DNA of 64,000 nt. Origin: a virus. Its lineage: Duplodnaviria > Caudoviricetes. Under the pieces are notes generated by a model, which searched no databases, was not told the DNA's origin, and worked only from the letters and a program-made list of their open reading frames with translations. A program made the translations under genes and the position numbers. Numbering within the stretch: position 1 is the first letter of the stretch; every line of letters begins with the position of its first letter. The stretch spans positions 33,555-97,554 of the IMG/VR virus record IMGVR_UViG_3300039452_000187; one strand, 5' to 3'. Shown piece by piece: positions 54,200 through 63,649 of the stretch.

Positions 54200-54907
54200 C
54201 TACTCACTGAACAGTTGCCGCTGCGCGTCCCGTATCCGCACCGAGCGCGGGCACACCGCCGCCAGTCGCCGAATTTCCCGGTCCTGGCATTTGAGCAACG
54301 GTGCTGTGGCACCGGTCCACCAGGTTTCCAAACCAGCCGCGTTGCGCCGCCCCAGCAGCCACCCCGCCGCCCGGTAAATCGTGCCGCGATGCAGGCGCGT
54401 GTCACAGTAGGAGAGCACCGCGCGAATCGCGTAAGGCTCGTCGACGAACACCGGCGGATGGAGCCGGAGGTAGTCGAAACCGACGCGGGCTAGGGCCAGG
54501 CGAATGACGGTTGACGCCAGGGTGGACCGAAAGTGGCCCTGGCGGTCGACGAAGCCAGGCAAAAAGTCCGGCCGGTACAGGTCGCCGCCTGGCTGGACTG
54601 ACGAGCATAGCCACACGCGCGACAGATTCAGAACTTCCCAGCGGTCGTAGGCGGCGCGGCCGGCGGCTGCGTCCTGCCGGCTGCCGTAGGTCAAGGTGCC
54701 GTGGAAGCAGCGGGTGGATTCGGGGCGGCCGAACCAGAGGCAGCCGATGTAACCGTGCGTGGCCAGACGCACGACGTAGCACAGGGGCCGGCTGCGGCGG
54801 TCGGGCGGCTTGTGGAGGTAGTGGTGCTCAGAAACAGCGTCGCTGGCCCACCCGAGCGTGGCAGGGTCCTGAGCAACTTCCAGGAACAATTCACAACTGT
54901 TGCTCAT
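54200..54907 (-). CDS. Mom-like (GNAT-fold) DNA modification protein
   Basis: EHHYLH, GCLWFGRP, NLSRVW, LSYCD..HRGTIYRAAGW. Confidence 0.75.
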   Translation of the reverse strand: MSNSCELFLEVAQDPATLGWASDAVSEHHYLHKPPDRRSRPLCYVVRLATHGYIGCLWFGRPESTRCFHGTLTYGSRQDAAAGRAAYDRWEVLNLSRVWLCSSVQPGGDLYRPDFLPGFVDRQGHFRSTLASTVIRLALARVGFDYLRLHPPVFVDEPYAIRAVLSYCDTRLHRGTIYRAAGWLLGRRNAAGLETWWTGATAPLLKCQDREIRRLAAVCPRSVRIRDAQRQLFSE

Positions 54908-55617
54908 CTCGGTCTTCCAACTCGTTGTGCCACGGATCGGGCCGCCCGGTTCTTCCGCAACTCCTCATCCCGCCAGAACCTCTCCAACAGCCGGAACGTG
55001 GTGCGCTCGGCAAACCACCGGTCCGGGCATGGCCACCAGTGGATCTTCGGGAACCGCTCCTGCCAGGCGATGATGGAGCGGTAGACGGTGACCGGGTTGA
55101 GCTGGGAACGGATCGATGCAGGAACCAGAATGCGGTTCAGGGCTGCATACCAGTTACTCAACTCGACTCGTTTGGCTACATTCTGCTGCTGCCGTTGCCC
55201 TGCCGGTGGATATGCTTGTTCTTCCAGCCAGTCCAGCAGACGGAACAGTTCTTCTGGCCATGCGCCGAGAATCGATCTCCAGTCCCCCTCGATGACGACG
55301 GCCGCGTAATTGAGCTGGGCCAATCGCTCCAGCTCCCGTTGAAACCGCCCACGGTTCTGCCCCAGCGTGTTGAACAGGTCAGCCAGCGACTTCCTTTCCA
55401 CCGCAATGCGGCTCTCGAAACCTTGGAGGGAATAGTCGCCGCTGGGCAGACCCGCCACCACGGTGGGCACGATAAGCGGATGCCGGCCGGTGCGAGCGTC
55501 GGACACCAGCCCGCGAAAAGCGTAAGGGCACTGTTCGCGGGTGTCGATCACCACCACGCCGCCGAACGCGATCGGTGCCAGCGCTCTTGACTCGTTAGCT
55601 ATTGCCTGAGCACTCAT
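54904..55617 (-). CDS. ERCC4/XPF-domain nuclease (paralog 1)
   Basis: IDTREQ, SGDYS, VERKSLADL. Confidence 0.9.
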   Translation of the reverse strand: MSAQAIANESRALAPIAFGGVVVIDTREQCPYAFRGLVSDARTGRHPLIVPTVVAGLPSGDYSLQGFESRIAVERKSLADLFNTLGQNRGRFQRELERLAQLNYAAVVIEGDWRSILGAWPEELFRLLDWLEEQAYPPAGQRQQQNVAKRVELSNWYAALNRILVPASIRSQLNPVTVYRSIIAWQERFPKIHWWPCPDRWFAERTTFRLLERFWRDEELRKNRAARSVAQRVGRPR

Positions 55618-55631
55618 TTTGACTACCGCCT

Positions 55632-56321
55632 TCACATTCCTGGCAACAAGCAACCAGTTCGACCCGTGCAATGCTCTTCTTGGCTCCTATAATGATCTCG
55701 CCAAAACCTCTCCAGGAGTCGGAAGGTTGTTCTCTCTGCGAACCAGCGTTCCGGGCAGAACCACCAATGAACTCGTGGAAATCGCTCTTGGTAGGCAATA
55801 ATGCAACGATGAACAGTCACAGGACTCAAATACCTTGGCGGCTTCTCACCCCAGACCTTTTCAGTCTCTTTGTCCGCATTGAAAAACCCTAAGACCTGGC
55901 CAATCCTTCCTTCCAACAGCCGGTTTATCATCATCACCAGCCTTTCGTAATACTCAGGCCACAACCCAAGGATTTGGCGCCAGTCCGCTTCCACCACGAC
56001 TGCTGCAAACTTCATCGCGGACAGTCTGGAAAGTTCATTCTCAAATTGCTCCCTGCGGTGTTTCAGCGTTGAATACAAATCAGTGAGCGACTTTCTTTCA
56101 ATAGCAACGTCGTTCTCGAAACCTTCTAATGAGTAATCTCCAGTCTTTAATGATCGTGTTACTGTGTACACACCCTTGAGCCTCGACCCACGGTTGGCCC
56201 TCATTGTGAAACCATCAAACGTGAAGGGCAGTTTTTCTTGAACGTCGATAATGATCGTGGCTGAAAAACGTGTCCCTGTTTCGTTCAAAAAAATCTCTTC
56301 GAGTGTTTTCTCACCCGCCAT
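55632..56321 (-). CDS. ERCC4/XPF-domain nuclease (paralog 2, low GC)
   Basis: IDVQEK, TGDYS, IERKSLTDL. Confidence 0.88.
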   Translation of the reverse strand: MAGEKTLEEIFLNETGTRFSATIIIDVQEKLPFTFDGFTMRANRGSRLKGVYTVTRSLKTGDYSLEGFENDVAIERKSLTDLYSTLKHRREQFENELSRLSAMKFAAVVVEADWRQILGLWPEYYERLVMMINRLLEGRIGQVLGFFNADKETEKVWGEKPPRYLSPVTVHRCIIAYQERFPRVHWWFCPERWFAERTTFRLLERFWRDHYRSQEEHCTGRTGCLLPGM

Positions 56322-58710
56322 GCCTAAACCCCGTCTCATCATTCGTTGTCTTTTGCGCTGGTGTGTTTTGCGTTAGCAATTCCGTTAGGAACGTCTTCCT
56401 TATCCCCAAGCTGACCCGCCGGCACTGCCGCTCCACCGTGGCTCGCTCGCCGATGATCGTACACAGCCGCCGCGCCCGCGAAATGGCCGTGTACCACCAC
56501 TCCCGGTTGGTGACCCGGTGCGCGCTCCCCGAGTTGTCCGCCAGCACAAACACCACTCGCGCCTCGCTCCCCTGCATCTTGTGGCAGCTCACCGCGTAAG
56601 CCAGGTCAAACTTCTTCCCACTGCTGCTCGAGCGCCCCGCCCCCTCGGCCGCTTCGTCCTCGTTCTCCTCTTCGGCCGCGCTGCGTTTCTTGCCGACGGC
56701 CAACCGAATGACCCGCTCGGGCAGCGGAAACTGAATCAAGGTCTGCGTCGTGTCCACGTGGATCACCTGGCCAATCTCGCCATTGGCCACGTAGGTGTCG
56801 CCCGCCGGCTCCAGGTCGTACATGGCGTTCTTGAGGCAGATCACCTTGTCCCCGTGCCGGAACGGGTTGCCGTCCACGCGCTCGCCGTCGCCGTTCAATT
56901 CCTGCTGCAGCAGCTGGTTGAGCCGCACCCTGCATAGCTCGGACTTGGCATTGATCGGCACCACCACCTGGCAGTCCCACACCGGATCAAACTCGCCCGT
57001 GGCCCGGAACTGCCGCAACTTATCCAGCAGTGTTTCCAGGGAGTGCGCCGGGTCGCGTGTCTCGACGTGGACCAGGTTCTTGCCGTGCTCGATGTCGGGC
57101 CGGTCCGTGGCATACTGGTACCAATCGCCGCCAGATTTCATGGCCGCGCATGCCTGGACAATAGCTCCGTCATTCCGCTGAATCTCCGTCAGTTCCGCGA
57201 CCGGGATCACCCCTGAGCGGATGAGGTCCCGCAGCGGTGCCCCGTGGCCCACGGGCGGCAGCTGGTAGGGGTCGCCGATCAAGAAAATATGGCTGCCGTC
57301 GCTGCAGGCCGCGAACAGATCCGCCGCGAGGCCCACGTCGAGCATCGAGAGTTCGTCGACGAAGATGAACCGCTCGTTCAGGTGATGGTGGCGGTTGCGC
57401 TGGAAGCCCCAACCTTTGCCGTCGTGCCCATTGCGGCCCACTTCGAGCAGCCGGTGAATCGTGGTGGCGGTCTTGCGGATGCCGTACTCGTGCATCGCCG
57501 CCGTCAGCCGCACCGCCGCCTTGCCGGTCGGGCTGGCCACGGCCACGTCAGAGAGCGAGTAGGTGTCCACCACCTGCTTGATTGCCGCCGCCGCGCAGAA
57601 GCTCTTGCCGGTGCCGGGGGTCCCGGTGAGCAGGCAGATGGGCGCGGTGAGAATCGGGTAGATCTTGCCGGTTTGGTGCTCGGTCAGTGATTTACCGGTG
57701 CGGCCCAAGGTGGAGGGCAGTTCGCGCGGCCACAGACACCGGCCCAGCGCCCGGCCGCGCTGCAACAGCCGGCGCAGGTCATCCGCCAGATCCTGTTCCT
57801 TCCGCGCCTTCTCTGCTTCGGCCACCCAGACGCGCTCGCTGCCGGGCGGGTCGCGGCGGGTCGCCAGCCAGCCGCCGCGCTTGCCGAGCACCAGAGCGGC
57901 CAGCGGGTCCACCTTGGTCCCGGCAATCTGGCGGCGGATTTCCTGCTCCACCGCCCCGCGGGCGAACCAGGTGTGGCCGTTGCTGTCCTCGCGGAGGGCG
58001 TTCCAGGCACAGAGCATCTGCCGCTTGAGTCGGTCCTTGGGCTTGCCAAGATCGAGATAGAGCTTGTCGCAGCGTTTGAAGCCCGCCGAAGGAATGTCGG
58101 CGGCCAGCATGGCGTAGGGGTTGCGGCGCACCGCCTCGGCGGCGCGTGCCCCCCATTGCTCGATGCAGGCCGCCACTGCCCGGCCGTGGAAGCCCCGGCC
58201 CGAGAGCAGGCTAAAGAGGTCGATGCGGGTCTTTTCCAGGGCGGCGAGCCCGGACAGAGCTTCCGCCGCTTCCAAAGCTTGTTCGTAGGTGATAACCCCA
58301 GATTCCGCAACTCGCTCCGGTTCGGTCCGTAGAACTGCCACCGCTTCCGAGCCAAACAGCTCCCAAAGCCGTTCCGCCTTGCGCTGGCCGATGCCGTCAC
58401 AGGTTTCGATCAGGTACTTGATGATGCCGGCCCGGTGGTGCGGGGTGTCGCGGATGAAGGTGTCGAAAGCAAACTGGTCCCCGTGGCGGGCGTGCGTCTC
58501 CCACCGTCCCAAAAAGCGGTAGACCACCGACATTTCCAGCGGCTCGTCTTCGATCGGCCCCTTGACGATCTCGCCGGATTGCAGCCGGGCAATGGCGTAG
58601 TCCTGCTGGTCGCTGCTCCACACGATCGACTGCACCTTGCCGGTCAGTTCGCGGGCGGTGCGGTCGGAGGGGCCGCGATTCTGGCTCAGGAAATCGGCCA
58701 AGGAACTCAT
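56311..58710 (-). CDS. recD2: RecD2-like SF1B helicase
   Basis: GTPGTGKS, SPTGKAA, TIHRLL, VDELSM, GDPYQLPPVG, AYAVSCHKMQGSE, YTAISRAR. Confidence 0.93.
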   Translation of the reverse strand: MSSLADFLSQNRGPSDRTARELTGKVQSIVWSSDQQDYAIARLQSGEIVKGPIEDEPLEMSVVYRFLGRWETHARHGDQFAFDTFIRDTPHHRAGIIKYLIETCDGIGQRKAERLWELFGSEAVAVLRTEPERVAESGVITYEQALEAAEALSGLAALEKTRIDLFSLLSGRGFHGRAVAACIEQWGARAAEAVRRNPYAMLAADIPSAGFKRCDKLYLDLGKPKDRLKRQMLCAWNALREDSNGHTWFARGAVEQEIRRQIAGTKVDPLAALVLGKRGGWLATRRDPPGSERVWVAEAEKARKEQDLADDLRRLLQRGRALGRCLWPRELPSTLGRTGKSLTEHQTGKIYPILTAPICLLTGTPGTGKSFCAAAAIKQVVDTYSLSDVAVASPTGKAAVRLTAAMHEYGIRKTATTIHRLLEVGRNGHDGKGWGFQRNRHHHLNERFIFVDELSMLDVGLAADLFAACSDGSHIFLIGDPYQLPPVGHGAPLRDLIRSGVIPVAELTEIQRNDGAIVQACAAMKSGGDWYQYATDRPDIEHGKNLVHVETRDPAHSLETLLDKLRQFRATGEFDPVWDCQVVVPINAKSELCRVRLNQLLQQELNGDGERVDGNPFRHGDKVICLKNAMYDLEPAGDTYVANGEIGQVIHVDTTQTLIQFPLPERVIRLAVGKKRSAAEEENEDEAAEGAGRSSSSGKKFDLAYAVSCHKMQGSEARVVFVLADNSGSAHRVTNREWWYTAISRARRLCTIIGERATVERQCRRVSLGIRKTFLTELLTQNTPAQKTTNDETGFRHGG

Positions 58711-58729
58711 GGGAGCAACGGGGTTCGGG

Positions 58730-60328
58730 TTAGAAGTCGGGGAATAGGGTCGTCATCGGGTCCAGTTCAGGCGGCGGCTCTGGATTCGCCGCGACCGGCA
58801 GAGGTTCCGCGAGGTCTGTGCCGAACAGTTCCATGCCGGCTTTCAGGGCGTCCTGGATGCGCCGGGCTGCGATGACGCAATACTCGGCTTCGCGCTCGAT
58901 GCCGATGAAGGGCCAGCCGCCTTGCACGCAGGCCACGGCGGTACTGCCGGAGCCAGCGAAGCAATCGAGTACCTTTCCGCCCACTGGTACGATCAGCTCT
59001 AACATCCAGCGCATCAGCTTCGTACTTTTCACGGTGGGGTGCGTGTTCCCTTCGCCCCGGTCACTCTTGGGAGCCTTGGAGCAGTAGTAGAAGCGCGACA
59101 CCTGACCGCTGCTGCGGCCGATGCCCTGCGGGTTCTCCTGGCCGTTGAAGGCACCATAACAGTTCTTGGTCTTTCGACTCTTGTGACGAGGCGGCGTCCC
59201 GCCTCTTGTCTGCGGTCCAGCCTGGTCGTTGAGTTGGCCGATGGGGCACTCCGGGTGACAGTCGTAGGCGTCCACCGTCTCCGCGTGCACGGACCGTTCC
59301 ACCAGCCCCTCTTGCCCTTGCTGTCCATTGCTACCAATCCCGCCGGGGCCGCGCCGCGCCGGAAAGTGACCGTTGCCGTTCACGGTTTGCCGACCCAATA
59401 GCTGGCACTCCGGGTGGTGCGTCAGGGCAACGTTCGGCGGGAACCGGCCCTTGTCGGTCACCGACTTCTGGTTAACGGTGCTTTTCGTTTCCATCCACGG
59501 CCGCACCCAGCCAACGTGCTTATTCGCCCCGACTTTGGAGCGCTCGGGCGAGGCTGCCATCGCCGCCACACCTTGGCGGGTGGCGGCCAGATCGGCGGCG
59601 GAAGCGTAGGCGATGCGGGTCGCGTCGATGTTGAGAGCGCCCGTGCCCCAGCGGCGGACGTTGGCTGCCACGGTGCGCTCACCGAGCGGCTTGCGGGCGA
59701 GGATCCAGTGCTCGCAGGCCGGCTTGAGGGAAGTGCCGTAGCCGCGTTCGGTTTCCTGTTCACCTTCTTGTTGAAGGTCTTCATCCAGGTTGCGACTCTT
59801 CGGCATGCCCTGCCCGAACAGGTGGTGAACAATGTCTCGAATCTCAAACCCGGCATCTTCGATGGCCGTGGCCGTCCAGTGGCTGGTGCGCGGGATGGCC
59901 CAGACGAGTGCCCAAGCCCCGGGCTTGAGCACACGGAGGCACTGGCGCATGACCGCCGTCAAAAAGGTAATGAAGGCTTGCCGGCGCCAGGGCGACAGAC
60001 CGGCGCCGCCCTGGAACGCATATCCAGGGCGGCGCCGGTCTGTCGCCCGATAAGCGTCTCGGTCGGACTGGCCATTGCCGTTGCGTTCCGCGCGTCCTTG
60101 CTTGAACTCGTCCCACTCCATCCCCATGAATCCCGTCCCGGAGGGAGGATCGCAGCACAAAGCGTCGACGCTGTTCTCCGGCAACAAGGGCAGCACATCC
60201 AGGCAATCAGCCTGGTAGAGCGTCACTCCCTCGTTTTGCAGGTACGGCGTCATGGGTGAACAAATTGGTCCAGTTGCTGTGGTTGAATTGGGGTGCGGCT
60301 CCGACCTTACAGTCTCGGCCGCACCCAT
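58730..60328 (-). CDS. Site-specific DNA methyltransferase (N4/N6, beta class)
   Basis: DPPS catalytic-like motif, HPTVK, VLDCFAGSGST; start may be MTPYL at 60253. Confidence 0.9.
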   Translation of the reverse strand: MGAAETVRSEPHPNSTTATGPICSPMTPYLQNEGVTLYQADCLDVLPLLPENSVDALCCDPPSGTGFMGMEWDEFKQGRAERNGNGQSDRDAYRATDRRRPGYAFQGGAGLSPWRRQAFITFLTAVMRQCLRVLKPGAWALVWAIPRTSHWTATAIEDAGFEIRDIVHHLFGQGMPKSRNLDEDLQQEGEQETERGYGTSLKPACEHWILARKPLGERTVAANVRRWGTGALNIDATRIAYASAADLAATRQGVAAMAASPERSKVGANKHVGWVRPWMETKSTVNQKSVTDKGRFPPNVALTHHPECQLLGRQTVNGNGHFPARRGPGGIGSNGQQGQEGLVERSVHAETVDAYDCHPECPIGQLNDQAGPQTRGGTPPRHKSRKTKNCYGAFNGQENPQGIGRSSGQVSRFYYCSKAPKSDRGEGNTHPTVKSTKLMRWMLELIVPVGGKVLDCFAGSGSTAVACVQGGWPFIGIEREAEYCVIAARRIQDALKAGMELFGTDLAEPLPVAANPEPPPELDPMTTLFPDF

Positions 60329-60358
60329 CCCCCGTGCGAAGGGAGAACACGTTGACTG

Positions 60359-61036
60359 CTACAAGGCCGCTTCCAAGTCGCGGCGGCGACCGGAGGGACG
60401 ATTGCCGCCGTTGCTACCGCGCGGCGCCGTCAAGCTGGCCCCATCGCCTCCCGTGGTTCCGGCCGTGGCACCGCCATTCCCACCATTGCTGCTACCGTTG
60501 CCGGCTTTCTTCGGATCGGTTTCCGGTCCAGTCATGACTGCCGCTTTCAGGTCGGCCGGGAAGTCGCGCGGCAGCTTGTACTTGGGATAGTCCAACGGGA
60601 ACACCCCGTTAAAGTAATCCACCCCGGAGAAGGTCTGGCCGCTCGCCTTGCCGGTCAGCTTGTCCTTGCCTTCCCGACTCGTCACCCGGACTACGTACTC
60701 GTTGCCCACGGCCGCCACCGGATCCTTCATCACTTCATCCTGGCCCTCATCGGCGCTGCCGAGCAGACCGAGTCGCTTGAAGTAGCGCTGCACTCGCAGT
60801 TCCTTGTTCTCCTGCTCGGTCGCGTCTTTGGCGTTGGCCGGGTCGTCGAGCCGATCGAACAGCACCTTGCCCTCGCAGACCCCGGACAGGATGACGTACT
60901 TGAACACCTGCTGGCCATGCTTGGCATGGTCCTCGTAGGTGTCATCCAGGCGGACGTGGTAGTAGCCATCGGGCGGCTGGTTACCGCGCTCGACGTCCTC
61001 AAGCGTCTTGCCACTCATGTTGATGCGAAATTCCAC
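60359..61036 (-). CDS. Single-stranded DNA-binding-like protein (DUF669-like)
   Basis: PPDGYYHVRL motif, Gly-rich tail, follows the Sak4-like ATPase; AGGAG RBS before GTG. Confidence 0.6.
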   Translation of the reverse strand: MEFRINMSGKTLEDVERGNQPPDGYYHVRLDDTYEDHAKHGQQVFKYVILSGVCEGKVLFDRLDDPANAKDATEQENKELRVQRYFKRLGLLGSADEGQDEVMKDPVAAVGNEYVVRVTSREGKDKLTGKASGQTFSGVDYFNGVFPLDYPKYKLPRDFPADLKAAVMTGPETDPKKAGNGSSNGGNGGATAGTTGGDGASLTAPRGSNGGNRPSGRRRDLEAAL

Positions 61037-61323
61037 CGTCAGTTCTCCTTTGTTAGGTCTATCCCTGGCTCGGCAGGGCGCGGAGCAGTTCCTGAATCTC
61101 CTTGCCGGACGCAAGCCAGGTTGGCGGGAAGCCAAACAGCTTGAGGCTCGTTTGCCACACCGCATCTACTCCGCGAGCCTCCACAATTTTTCGGAGCGGC
61201 GCGGGCCACATGGATAAATCGGGCGAAGCGTTGGGCGACGGTCGGGGCGACGTTGCGACTGCGGGCGAAGCGGGCGACTCTTGCCGGGCTGTTGCGCTGG
61301 GTGTCGGGGTCGCTGCCTGGTCG

Positions 61324-62727
61324 TCAGCTTTTACTGCCGGCCGTGGCGGGGGTTCCTCCTTTCGTCGTGTCCTGTTGCCAGGTCATCAGTTCGCTCTGGT
61401 GCGTCACCTGGCGGATAAACTCTTCCGCCTGGGCCACCGTCAGACCCTTGGCCGTGGTCAGGCTTTTGCCGCTGGCATCCTTGTACGGCGCGAGCAGTTT
61501 GAGCCACTCCTTCTTGATGAGGTCCTCAATTTCGTTGTCCGAGCGGTTGAGGTCCTCATCGCGGAGCTGGTTGAAGGAGCGATCGGCCCATTCCTTGTAG
61601 GCTTCTTTGAGTTGCTCTATCTGCGCGTCGGTGAGGCGTTGGCCGGCGAGTGCGGGCGGCACCGTGGCCCCGGCGGGCACCGGTTCGCTCGGTCCGGCCG
61701 GCGGCGTGGCAGATGCTGCTGGTTTGCCGTTGGGCACGGGCGCGGCGTGCCCGTTTGTTTCGGCTGCAGGAGCCGGTACGGCTGCGGCTGCCGGTGCCGG
61801 ATTAGCATTGCCGCTCTGGCTCCGCTTCCCCTTGGCCTTGGCTTGGGCGTCGAGCCACTTGAGCAGGTCTCCAGCCTGGTCCTGATCCAGCTTGGCCAGT
61901 TCCGTGACGCCATAGCGCTTGGGGAAATCGCGACTGATCCTGTCCACCGTCCAGCCCAGCAGTCCCAAGAGTTCCGCCACCCGTTCTAGTTGCACGTCAC
62001 TGATGCGCGGCGACACCGCCGTGGGCGCCACCTGGACGCCAGTCTCCAGCCAGCTGAGGACCGGCTGCAAAAACTCTTTACCGGGCTTCAAGCAGCTCTT
62101 CCCTTCGATGGCCAGACAACGGCTGCCGTAGACGGTGCCGATATGGTTCTGGTCCATGTCCATGAGCACGTCGAACTCGTAAGGCGTGCTCTCGCGCTGG
62201 ATGGGCTCCATGCCGATGCGGCGGATGACGTTCTTGCCGCCCTCGCTCTCGACCACGTGCGAGATCTTGCTGCGGCAGGTGGCGATGAGATGGGCCGGCG
62301 ATTTGCGGATAACCTGGAACAGCTGGTCGTGGAGCGGCGTCGCCACCTTCCAGCCGAAGAACTGGCCGTGCTGGTCGGCGATCTGCAAGCAACCGTCCTT
62401 GCCGTTCCACTCGTGGGAGAGCGAGTCGATCACGATGACTTCGGCGCCCTGGCGACCGGCTTCCTGGATGGCCTCGATATAGCTTTCCGGGGAGAAGCTG
62501 TCGAGCTTGCAGATATCCCAATCCCACTTGACCCCATCCCACTCTTCACCGTGGTAGAGGTCAGTCGCGTCGTTCTCGCCCGCCTCGATAACGAAGACCT
62601 TGTGGTTGGGGGCCAGTGCGAACGCAAAGCGTAGCGCAGTCTTGGACTTGCCCGACTTCGGTGGCCCGGAAATCATCATCCGCAGCCGCACCTGGCGTCG
62701 GGAGCCTTTCTTGAACACAACGGCCAT
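61324..62727 (-). CDS. Sak4-like AAA_24 ATPase/recombinase
   Basis: GPPKSGKS, VIDSLSHEW, HLIATCRSK, YEFD. Confidence 0.88.
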   Translation of the reverse strand: MAVVFKKGSRRQVRLRMMISGPPKSGKSKTALRFAFALAPNHKVFVIEAGENDATDLYHGEEWDGVKWDWDICKLDSFSPESYIEAIQEAGRQGAEVIVIDSLSHEWNGKDGCLQIADQHGQFFGWKVATPLHDQLFQVIRKSPAHLIATCRSKISHVVESEGGKNVIRRIGMEPIQRESTPYEFDVLMDMDQNHIGTVYGSRCLAIEGKSCLKPGKEFLQPVLSWLETGVQVAPTAVSPRISDVQLERVAELLGLLGWTVDRISRDFPKRYGVTELAKLDQDQAGDLLKWLDAQAKAKGKRSQSGNANPAPAAAAVPAPAAETNGHAAPVPNGKPAASATPPAGPSEPVPAGATVPPALAGQRLTDAQIEQLKEAYKEWADRSFNQLRDEDLNRSDNEIEDLIKKEWLKLLAPYKDASGKSLTTAKGLTVAQAEEFIRQVTHQSELMTWQQDTTKGGTPATAGSKS

Positions 62728-62771
62728 GAGAACCTCCACAGAAACACAGGGGCGACACACGGGGGAAAGTA

Positions 62772-62800
62772 AGCAGGGTTAGCAGGGTTAGCAGGGTTAG
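62772..62800. repeat. 9-bp tandem repeat (AGCAGGGTT)x3
   Basis: Seen directly, intergenic. Confidence 0.85.
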
Positions 62801-63156
62801 AGGGATAGGACAGCGCCGCACTCAGCAGCCATTGCGTCCCATTGATCCAGGGGCGCCGCGCACAGGTCCTCGTCACGGCCTGGGCCGGGAATGCCGTCCG
62901 ACTCCAGCAGAGCTTCCACCGGCAACTCAAACTCGAAAGGTTGCACGTCCAGCCCAGCGTCGAAATCGCGGACCGCCTGCGTGGCGGCGGGCGGCAAGTC
63001 GATGGCCGAGAGCAGGTCGTAGGCCAGGAGCGCCGCCCGTTGCTCCACCCACCACTTGCGGCCGGTCGCGGCTTCCAGGGCACGCGCCAGCATGCAGTCC
63101 TCGGCGTCCTGACAGGTGCCTTCGCGGATATGCTGCTCGGTTACCGTAATACGCAC
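62797..63156 (-). CDS. Hypothetical phage protein
   Basis: VRITVTEQHIREG...DCMLARAL; AGGAG RBS. Confidence 0.6.
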   Translation of the reverse strand: MRITVTEQHIREGTCQDAEDCMLARALEAATGRKWWVEQRAALLAYDLLSAIDLPPAATQAVRDFDAGLDVQPFEFELPVEALLESDGIPGPGRDEDLCAAPLDQWDAMAAECGAVLSL

Positions 63157-63198
63157 GTCTACTCCTTTGGCTGAATCCTGTCGGTGTCGCACTCGCAC

Positions 63199-63261
63199 TG
63201 GAGCCGCCGGGAATCGAACCCGGCACGCGGGAGGTATCAGACCGCGCTCCCAGAAAGCCCC
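63199..63261 (-). ncRNA. Minimal tRNA-like RNA resembling the tmRNA/tRNA-Ala tRNA-like domain; no D-arm
   Basis: 5' GGGGCT pairs with 3' GGCTCC-A (G3:U70); T-arm CCGGG-TTCGATT-CCCGG; central stem GCGCGG/CCGCGT. Confidence 0.65.
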
Positions 63262-63268
63262 CGGGGTT

Positions 63269-63295
63269 GGTCAGTGTCGGTCAGTGTCGGTCAGT
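63269..63295. repeat. 10-bp tandem repeat GGTCAGTGTC, about 2.7 copies
   Basis: Seen directly, just upstream of the tRNA-like RNA. Confidence 0.75.
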
Positions 63296-63521
63296 AGCTG
63301 TATTGCTCCCACGGGTGGAAGCGGCCGGAGTCCAGGTCGGCCATGAGCCGGTCGCGGCGGACTTCGCAGGGGCCGCAGTACCAGTGTCCGGACGAATCGC
63401 GGCGCCAGCCGTCCTGTTGGGCCTCGATCAAGCGGATCGTGGCCGGGCAGCCGTGGCACTGGATGGTTGCCGTGACGGCGGCAGTTTCTGTGGCCTTTGT
63501 GGTTGCCGTGGTGTCATTCAT
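63291..63521 (-). CDS. Small zinc-finger protein
   Basis: CHGC...GW...WYCGPC. Confidence 0.6.
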   Translation of the reverse strand: MNDTTATTKATETAAVTATIQCHGCPATIRLIEAQQDGWRRDSSGHWYCGPCEVRRDRLMADLDSGRFHPWEQYSY

Positions 63522-63649
63522 CGTCGCTGCTCCACTCGGAAAGAGAGAGTCTGGCCGGGTGTTTCAATGGGCCTCATCAACCGGTACCCGTCGGCGGTTC
63601 TCCCGCCGCACCATGCCCGGCCAGTCTCCCGTGGCCGCAGCCGCAGGGG

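Noticed and set aside
62772-62800. AGCAGGGT shared with the CRISPR repeat, suggesting a degenerate mini-array
   Set aside because: Only 8 nt shared, no spacers; simple tandem repeat
63199-63223. attL/attR prophage boundary at a tmRNA or tRNA 3' end
   Set aside because: Phage-like co-oriented genes continue on both sides, a complementary 5' acceptor strand is present, and no integrase is nearby
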